18,397 bases of DNA from a virus. Its lineage: Duplodnaviria; Heunggongvirae; Uroviricota; Caudoviricetes. The notes beneath the pieces were generated by a model, which was given only the letters and a program-made list of their open reading frames with translations, made no database searches and had not been told where the DNA came from. Below, one piece after another: positions 11,867 to 18,397 of this stretch. Position numbers and translations under genes: made by a program. The stretch is taken from positions 1 through 18,397 of the IMG/VR virus record IMGVR_UViG_3300044797_000163; one strand, given 5' to 3'. How positions within the stretch are numbered: the first letter of the stretch is position 1; every line of letters starts with the position of its first letter.

Positions 11867-13750
11867 ATGAAGCGTCTTCTAGGACTGCTCCTGCTTTTCT
11901 GTTCACTTGCGGCCTGGTGTCAAACACCAGGAGTGGCGACGACCATACGCTACGGCGCATCACTACCTTCGGGCGCGGCGGAATGGAGCATCTTCATTCT
12001 CACCGGAGCAAGTTCGGGTCTCTATATCTGCGAAAACAGCCCCTCCTGCACCAGCAGCGGCCAATGGGTTAACGTCTCTAGTTGTCTTGCGAACCCCAAT
12101 GACGGCGGCTGCGCTCTTATCGGTAGCCCCAGCGTCGATACGTTCATTGGTAGCGTCGGTAGCGGTCTTGGTTGGGTCGTACAGGTGCTGGCCACCGTTA
12201 TTAACACCACCCAACCGATCAACGTTCAAGGGACAGGTGCGGGCACGGTCACATTGGGTTGCAGCACGCAACCAGGCACGGGATCTGGTATCTCGCTCGT
12301 GGCGCCCGCAAGTTGCACTCCTTATATTTTGATTCTTCCGAGTGCCGCAGGGTCCGGCTACTTCCAGTGTGCGAACGTCGGGTCGGTAGTCACTTGCGAT
12401 TATGAAGCCGCTATTAACATCGGTTCTTCTGATGTCACCGGCACGTTACCGATTACGTCTGGCGGGACTGGAAACACTACCCAGCAGAGCGCCCTCAACG
12501 CATTGGTGGGCGCGGGCACGGGTGGAAGCCTAGTCATCTATGCCGGTACAAACTGGACCAACACGATTGGTTGCACCCTTAGCACATGTTTCGGCGCTGA
12601 GAATGGGAACGGCGCTTGGGAGTGGATACAATCCCCCCTCCCGGTTATCGATGGAGGCTTCGGCTTAGTAACTCTGGCCTCAAACGCCATCTACAAAGGC
12701 AACGGGACCAGCGCCCCGCAGGTATCTTCTATCAGCGACAACGGTTCTAACGTGGCAATCTCAGAAACAATTACCTGCACAGTGTGTGTAAGTGTTCCTG
12801 ATGGTGGCACAGGATTAGGCACGCTGACAACCGGAACGATTTACAAAGGCAACGGCACGTCGGCTATGCAGGCCAGCAGCATTACAGAAGGTGTTTCTGG
12901 CGTTAGCAGCACGGACGCCATCAATACCAGCGTTGGATTTAAGGTGGGCGCGAGTTTCGGCACTAGTGGTTACTGCTTGACCTCGACCGGCACTGGATCG
13001 GCCTTCAACCCCTGCGGTTCGAGCAGCGCGACGATCAATAACGCCGCGAGCACCGGCACGGTCGCCTTCGATCTCGTGAAACTTACTGGTGTGCCCTCTA
13101 CTGCAGTCAAGACGGCCACCACCGATATCGGTGGCATCATTGGCATCTGCATCTCTTCCTGCGGCACCACCGGAGCTGCGGTAATTCAGCTCATGGGTGT
13201 CAGCACCTGCAACTTCGACAACGTTACTACAGCGGGTGACTATTTCACAATCAGCTCGTCAACCGCTGGACAATGTCACGATCCTTCTGTTGGTGGATTT
13301 CCTCCTCAATACTATATCGGCGCTCAGAATTTGGGTCGTATTCTCGCGAGCGGTTCAGGCGGCGCTACCTCAGTGCTTCTGTTTCCGCCCGAATTTTCTT
13401 CCGCAGGCGCACCCGTAGCAACCTTTAGTTTAGGGTCGGGCGCAGGGTCAGGTTCCCCAACTGTGTCTTGTGCCGTTACCTCCGGAGTGTGTACCGATAG
13501 TGCCGGGCAGATCGAGGTTCATACAGGCACCTCACCATCGACCAACAATATCATTGTCACCATCAATTTTGGCGGCAATCACAACGAAGGTTCTTGTATC
13601 TTCCAGGGACTGGCTGCAAATACCTCCCTCCTTGGCAACGACGTTTACTCATCTCTCGGTGGTTTCGGAACACTTTCTGTCGGTGCTACTGCCCTTAGTG
13701 CAAGCACAACTTATTTCTGGGGGTATGTATGCAATTTTATCGGCAACTAA
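11867..13750 (+). CDS. Fibre or adhesin-like protein, 627 aa, with an N-terminal signal peptide, GGTG fibre repeats and many Cys
   Basis: MKRLLGLLLLFCSLAAWC|Q; repeats TLPITSGGTG, PLPVIDGGFG and VSVPDGGTG; duplicated unit IYKGNGTSA.Q.SSI; Gly/Ser/Thr-rich. Confidence 0.8.
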   Translation: MKRLLGLLLLFCSLAAWCQTPGVATTIRYGASLPSGAAEWSIFILTGASSGLYICENSPSCTSSGQWVNVSSCLANPNDGGCALIGSPSVDTFIGSVGSGLGWVVQVLATVINTTQPINVQGTGAGTVTLGCSTQPGTGSGISLVAPASCTPYILILPSAAGSGYFQCANVGSVVTCDYEAAINIGSSDVTGTLPITSGGTGNTTQQSALNALVGAGTGGSLVIYAGTNWTNTIGCTLSTCFGAENGNGAWEWIQSPLPVIDGGFGLVTLASNAIYKGNGTSAPQVSSISDNGSNVAISETITCTVCVSVPDGGTGLGTLTTGTIYKGNGTSAMQASSITEGVSGVSSTDAINTSVGFKVGASFGTSGYCLTSTGTGSAFNPCGSSSATINNAASTGTVAFDLVKLTGVPSTAVKTATTDIGGIIGICISSCGTTGAAVIQLMGVSTCNFDNVTTAGDYFTISSSTAGQCHDPSVGGFPPQYYIGAQNLGRILASGSGGATSVLLFPPEFSSAGAPVATFSLGSGAGSGSPTVSCAVTSGVCTDSAGQIEVHTGTSPSTNNIIVTINFGGNHNEGSCIFQGLAANTSLLGNDVYSSLGGFGTLSVGATALSASTTYFWGYVCNFIGN

Positions 13751-16700
13751 TCCTCTGGCTCCTGCTTTGCGCGTGTGCGTTCGGTCAAACTACTGTCTCG
13801 GGAGTCGAGAGCAATAGCGGCCTAATCACGATTGGTGGCGTTGGCACCGCTGTAGTCCCGGTTTCCATCACGATTGCCCCTTCGAATCCGACCGTTTGTT
13901 ACTCTTGTGCGCAACTGTTTAGCGCGACCATGACGTTTTCCAATGGCTCAACACAGCCAATAACCACATTGGCCACATGGTCCTCTAGCAATCCATCTGT
14001 AGCGACCACGAGTCAAAGCGGAAACTATCTTTGCGTTGCTCGCGGAACAGTAACCGTGAGCGCTGTCTATCTCGCAGTCACCGGCACTACAACTCTCAAC
14101 TGTCAATCACCCACTTTTACTCCACAGGGTATTCAAAACGTTACGCAAAGCAGCAGCTCGCAGACCTTGGTCCAATACACCGGAGCTGACGGAATAGCCC
14201 CGTTTACCTTCACCGCTGCCAACCTGCCTGCCGGATGGTCCTTATCGTCCGCTGGATGTCCTAGTAGCCAGATCAATTGCTCCTTGATTGGAACGCCCTC
14301 AGCGATCGGCACTTATAACTTCTACATTCAGGCGACCGACAACCTGGGAAATACCGCATGTTCGTCGCCTGGATGCCAGGTTGGTGTGGCTGTGGCCGCA
14401 GGCGGCTCCGAGGGGCTTGAGAATCAATATTGCACTCCGACTTATACTGTAACCGGCCTCTCACAGGACGGCCCGGCGCAGCCGCTTCTGAATTGCAATT
14501 ACACCACAGTCGCGAGCACTTCTCTTAGCTCCCCCTCAGGAATTGGCACTGGGATTATCATCAACGTGTGCTCGCCAGGGGGCACCAGTCCATCCCTCAA
14601 CTGCTTAAATTCACAGCTCCCGACGAAGCCCTCGCTCGCGATGGTCTCCTGCGGAGTAACGTACGGTTATGCGGTTTACGGAACCGGAACCTGCACCTCG
14701 CTTGCTGACGGCCCTTTCTACTCTCGTACTTTTCAAGGCGCTGTTAACTTCACCGCATGGGGTGGCGCGTCACTTGCCGGGGGTGCCGGTAACCTGTGCG
14801 GAGCATGGATACAAGCTCAACCAGCCTTCACTGTCACATTCCACACCGTACAAGCCGTCTATATCGAGCCCAATGTTCAGGCGCCTGTCAACATAAATTG
14901 CGGTCCCGCCTACACCCAACCGTGGGTCTGGGTCACCACATCAGCTTACGACGCCTCCACAAACGCCATAGGTGGTCTACTTCCAGGAAACCGCATAACT
15001 CCTGGATGGGTAGGTCAATCGTCTATTGTAGGGCGCCCTGCCTACGCTCAACCCACCACTGCCGGAATTTACTCACCGATGTGGGAGGGTGAGGAGCTTC
15101 TAGGAGGCCAATGTCCGATATTCACAACACCCAGCGGATCAGCCTTCAATGGCCTACGAATCATGGGCATCGAGTTTGCCTGCGCTCATGGAAGAGACAC
15201 TACGGTCGATCTGTACGGAAATAATGTATGTCCAGCGAATAAGGCCGGTACGCCTCAATGCGATCCCGGCTTTATTGGCGGTTTGGTTGACGTAGGCTGC
15301 TACGTATCCGGACAGGTACAATGCACATCCTCGAACGTTGGCGGCACGGTAGCCACCACCAACTCATCTGTCACTCAAGGTTCGATCACCTGTCCATATT
15401 ATTGCGCGACGTTCACAGGGACATCCGGCACGAATTTTCAGTTCCTAGCGGGCTCAGGATTCAACGGTCTCGTTGACACACAAAACGCTGCAACAGGCGG
15501 ATGTCCGGCCTATTGCGTTCTTCTGCAAAGCGGGCAAAACTTCGGCAATCTTCAGCAGGGTCAGGCAATCAGCATCAACGGCGTGCTTTACTACGTCGGA
15601 GTCAATACAAACCCACAGGGTAGTCTTGGCGTGTACAGCAACACCCTGATGTCGGTGTACAGCGGTATTGTAAGCACAACTGCCGCAGCCACCTTGCCTT
15701 GCACCGGCAATTGTGTAGTGTGGGTATCCGGTGACAACTTCTCCAACCTCACCAGCAGTGAAACCATCGATCTTAATGGTACGTTGTACACGATCGGAAC
15801 CGTATATAGCTCGACCCTGTTTTCCGTTACCTCTTCGGTCACCAAACAAAACTCAATACCATTTACCCTGCCGCTAGGAACGCAAACCAATGCCGTCTAT
15901 CTGTGGGATAGCAGCAATCAGATCAACATCAATGGCGTCGTCTACGGCGTGGCACAGCAGTACACAAACACCCTGATTGGTTTAGTAACAGCCCCCGGAA
16001 CGCAAAGCGGAGTGTCCTATAATTGGCAAACCGGCTCACAATACATCATCCTCGACAGAAACATCTTCTCGGAAACAACTGACATAACACAGCTCAGCAA
16101 CTTCACTACCGGCGAATCCGGCCTCGTAATGCAGGGAGGTCAACATTTGGCCGCGATCAATAACTATTTCGTGGGCTTCACTTGCCTGTACGGTATCGGT
16201 CCCTGCGTAGACGCTCACGCTATCCTCGGTGGTGTTAATGAGCTGACCTCGGATGTTGCGATCACGATCATCAATAACTATATCGAATCTGCCGGTGAGA
16301 CCTGGTTCTTCGGCGGCGGTGCTTCTAACGCCACTCCGATGGATCTGGAAATTCGCGGAAACCATAAGTTCAAGCCTCTGACATGGAAAATTGACAATGC
16401 TCTCTACACCACCACATTCGGAACTGTGGGTGGAGCTTACGTACACACACAAAACAATATCCCATATCAAAGTGCGCCGACTTGTACGGTAAATGCTCCT
16501 CAAACACTGCCGGGGGTATCGTGCAGCTCTCCTCAGTGTGTTCAAGCATCCTGCACTGCACTTTCTAGCGGCGGCAACGGTACTGCGGACACAACCAACT
16601 CTAGCGTTACCCAAGGAACCATTACCTGCCCTGCTGATTGCGTTAGCTGGGATTCCGGCAGCACAAATTTCTCCGTACTAAACGCGAACGAGCAGATCTG

Positions 16701-18397
16701 GCTGAATGGCAGCATCTATGACATCAATGTCATATACAGTCCCACGTTGTTGTCAACGAACGAGGCTCCGGGATCTAATTCCGGCATCGCGTACAGCAGT
16801 TACTACATCACGGACACCATGATCACTGCTGGTGGCAAAGGATATGGCATCTGTTACAAGGGCGGCAGCAGTACCAACAGTTACGGTTGCGGTACCGGCT
16901 TCACATTCACTGACAGTGTAGCTACCTACACCAGTTGCAACACGCAGCTTGCTGGCGATGTGTATGTCACAGGCACGGCGGGCGCGAATAATGACGTGTT
17001 CTGGGTTGACGGTGATAAGTTCACCGCCAAGTTGACTAGTATTCAGGTCAATGGCGTTACCTATGCGATCCTGAACCCCGGTGGTTTTATCAACACTAAA
17101 GAAGTCATCATTGTCAACGGCCCTGGCACTCTGGGAAGTTCCTCTTCACCTGTGCCGTGGTCTACAGTTTTTCAGACCAAAGGCGACTGCGTTGAGCCTC
17201 TGGTAGGCTACTACGATATCAAGAATCTGGGTGAATTAAAAAGCGGTATCCGTGCTCTCATGGAAGGTGAAATTGCGGAGAACTGCTGGACCGGTCAATC
17301 GGATCAATTCGGTTTCTGCTTTCTGATAACCCCCAAGAACCCCAACAATCTTTGCCCTAATTGCTCGGTAACTGATGTCACTTACCGCTATAATTTCTGT
17401 CGTAACACGCTACAAGGAGCCCAGATTGCCGTCGCAGCCGCCACCCAAGGTGGTGAGATGCCTTCTTACTTATCTCGAATTTCCATCCATGACGATGTGT
17501 TCGACGCGATGATTGGGCAGTATCTCACAGCAGGGACGGCGCCTATTTATGCGCAATCTGGAACAGCGATCTCGGTTGAAAACGCTTCACAGTACCCGTT
17601 CGCTACCAACAACGTTACCATCAACCACATCACTGCGATCTTTTCTTCTGTGTACGGTCTTCAGGGGTATTTGGCTTACACTGGAAGCTCTGCCTTGGAG
17701 TTGTTCTACAACCCTTCCTATACGAAGAATTCCACTGTGCCGACCCTCCTTCAAAACATCGCCTACTACAACAACATCGCGGGTGGGGGCGTAAAATCAT
17801 TCGCATCGCATTCAATCGGGACTGTACCAAACATGTTTGGCGCTGCCAACTGCACTACTGATAACGCTTGTATAAATCCGAGCGATCCGCGCCAAGCTCT
17901 TGGGCAGTTAGGCCCAAGTGAAGTTACTATGCGCCAGAATCTCCCGTCCGATTACATGGACCCAGTGTCTGGCGGTCTCTATCAAGGCAACATCGTTACC
18001 GCAATCCAACTAACCGCCCAAGGCACGGGCGGCAACGCTCCAACGTCCTGCACCATGTCCGCGCCGAGTTGCTGGGGTTCAGGTCCGAACACACATACGT
18101 GTGCGGTTGCCCAGTGCCAAATGAACACCTCTGGCGCCAATATTACGAAAATCTGGCCGAGCGCCACCGGAGCTGGCTACACTTCAGCACCAACCGTCTC
18201 CTTTTCTGGCGGCAACACTCCAACCGCAGTTGCATGGATTGGTGGATCAGGTCAATTGAGCACGGGTTCAGGGTGTTTCGACCACAACGTTCTTCCCGTA
18301 CAGGCTTGGGTGAAGGAAGTCGAGATGGGGCCGTACCCTACCGCGCAACTCGACGCCATTAACAATACCTGTTTCTGCCCCACAGGTGGGTATAACA
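13729..18397 (+). CDS. Giant exported Cys-rich protein (more than 1556 aa, 3'-truncated by the window): signal peptide, Ig-like domain, second Ig-like (He_PIG-type) domain, parallel beta-helix (pectate-lyase-like) with inserted repeat modules; candidate tailspike/depolymerase or adhesin
   Basis: Translated by hand, with no stop from the ATG at 13729 to the window end (absent from the ORF track). MQFYRQLILWLLLCACAFG|Q; WSSSNPSVAT; LPAGWSL...LIGTPSAIGTYNFYIQATD; beta-helix rungs YIILDRNIF, ITIINNYIESAGE, LEIRGNH, IKNLGELKSG, VTDVTYRYN; GAGYTSAPTVSFSGG; about 56 Cys by hand count. Confidence 0.92.
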   Translation, partial: MQFYRQLILWLLLCACAFGQTTVSGVESNSGLITIGGVGTAVVPVSITIAPSNPTVCYSCAQLFSATMTFSNGSTQPITTLATWSSSNPSVATTSQSGNYLCVARGTVTVSAVYLAVTGTTTLNCQSPTFTPQGIQNVTQSSSSQTLVQYTGADGIAPFTFTAANLPAGWSLSSAGCPSSQINCSLIGTPSAIGTYNFYIQATDNLGNTACSSPGCQVGVAVAAGGSEGLENQYCTPTYTVTGLSQDGPAQPLLNCNYTTVASTSLSSPSGIGTGIIINVCSPGGTSPSLNCLNSQLPTKPSLAMVSCGVTYGYAVYGTGTCTSLADGPFYSRTFQGAVNFTAWGGASLAGGAGNLCGAWIQAQPAFTVTFHTVQAVYIEPNVQAPVNINCGPAYTQPWVWVTTSAYDASTNAIGGLLPGNRITPGWVGQSSIVGRPAYAQPTTAGIYSPMWEGEELLGGQCPIFTTPSGSAFNGLRIMGIEFACAHGRDTTVDLYGNNVCPANKAGTPQCDPGFIGGLVDVGCYVSGQVQCTSSNVGGTVATTNSSVTQGSITCPYYCATFTGTSGTNFQFLAGSGFNGLVDTQNAATGGCPAYCVLLQSGQNFGNLQQGQAISINGVLYYVGVNTNPQGSLGVYSNTLMSVYSGIVSTTAAATLPCTGNCVVWVSGDNFSNLTSSETIDLNGTLYTIGTVYSSTLFSVTSSVTKQNSIPFTLPLGTQTNAVYLWDSSNQININGVVYGVAQQYTNTLIGLVTAPGTQSGVSYNWQTGSQYIILDRNIFSETTDITQLSNFTTGESGLVMQGGQHLAAINNYFVGFTCLYGIGPCVDAHAILGGVNELTSDVAITIINNYIESAGETWFFGGGASNATPMDLEIRGNHKFKPLTWKIDNALYTTTFGTVGGAYVHTQNNIPYQSAPTCTVNAPQTLPGVSCSSPQCVQASCTALSSGGNGTADTTNSSVTQGTITCPADCVSWDSGSTNFSVLNANEQIWLNGSIYDINVIYSPTLLSTNEAPGSNSGIAYSSYYITDTMITAGGKGYGICYKGGSSTNSYGCGTGFTFTDSVATYTSCNTQLAGDVYVTGTAGANNDVFWVDGDKFTAKLTSIQVNGVTYAILNPGGFINTKEVIIVNGPGTLGSSSSPVPWSTVFQTKGDCVEPLVGYYDIKNLGELKSGIRALMEGEIAENCWTGQSDQFGFCFLITPKNPNNLCPNCSVTDVTYRYNFCRNTLQGAQIAVAAATQGGEMPSYLSRISIHDDVFDAMIGQYLTAGTAPIYAQSGTAISVENASQYPFATNNVTINHITAIFSSVYGLQGYLAYTGSSALELFYNPSYTKNSTVPTLLQNIAYYNNIAGGGVKSFASHSIGTVPNMFGAANCTTDNACINPSDPRQALGQLGPSEVTMRQNLPSDYMDPVSGGLYQGNIVTAIQLTAQGTGGNAPTSCTMSAPSCWGSGPNTHTCAVAQCQMNTSGANITKIWPSATGAGYTSAPTVSFSGGNTPTAVAWIGGSGQLSTGSGCFDHNVLPVQAWVKEVEMGPYPTAQLDAINNTCFCPTGGYN

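Noticed and set aside
13800-18397. All short track ORFs in this interval, on both strands
   Set aside because: They are alternative-frame or antisense shadows of the single uninterrupted ORF starting at 13729.
1-18397. CRISPR array, diversity-generating retroelement, retron, integrase/att site, IS element, stop-codon reassignment
   Set aside because: No regularly spaced repeats, reverse transcriptase, near-identical TR/VR pair, recombinase or transposase was seen; long ORFs are intact under the standard code and there is no suppressor tRNA.

Overview
This looks like a fragment of a tailed dsDNA phage or prophage genome. No integrase, terminase, portal or major capsid gene is recognisable in the window. 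The left arm (1-2861) is a minus-strand run of tiny early or accessory genes with repeated translation-initiation motifs and signs of frameshift or deletion decay. A divergent control region (about 2880-3300) carries a palindromic bidirectional sigma70 promoter and a perfect-consensus promoter that probably yields a leaderless mRNA. Everything after that is on the plus strand: small hypothetical genes, a C5-cytosine methyltransferase with a second 253-codon ORF fully nested in its +1 frame (alpha/beta split MTase architecture), four CCA-encoding tRNA genes (Met-like, Asn, Thr, Ala; three are non-canonical), a SleB-like cell-wall hydrolase and virion-like structural genes. The window ends with two large Cys-rich fibre or adhesin-like proteins that carry signal peptides. 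The last one (13729 to >18397, more than 1556 aa) is missing from the supplied ORF track because it has no stop in the window. It combines Ig-like domains with a parallel beta-helix interrupted by repeat modules nested inside one another. An Acidobacteria-like host is suspected from recalled protein motifs only and is unverified.
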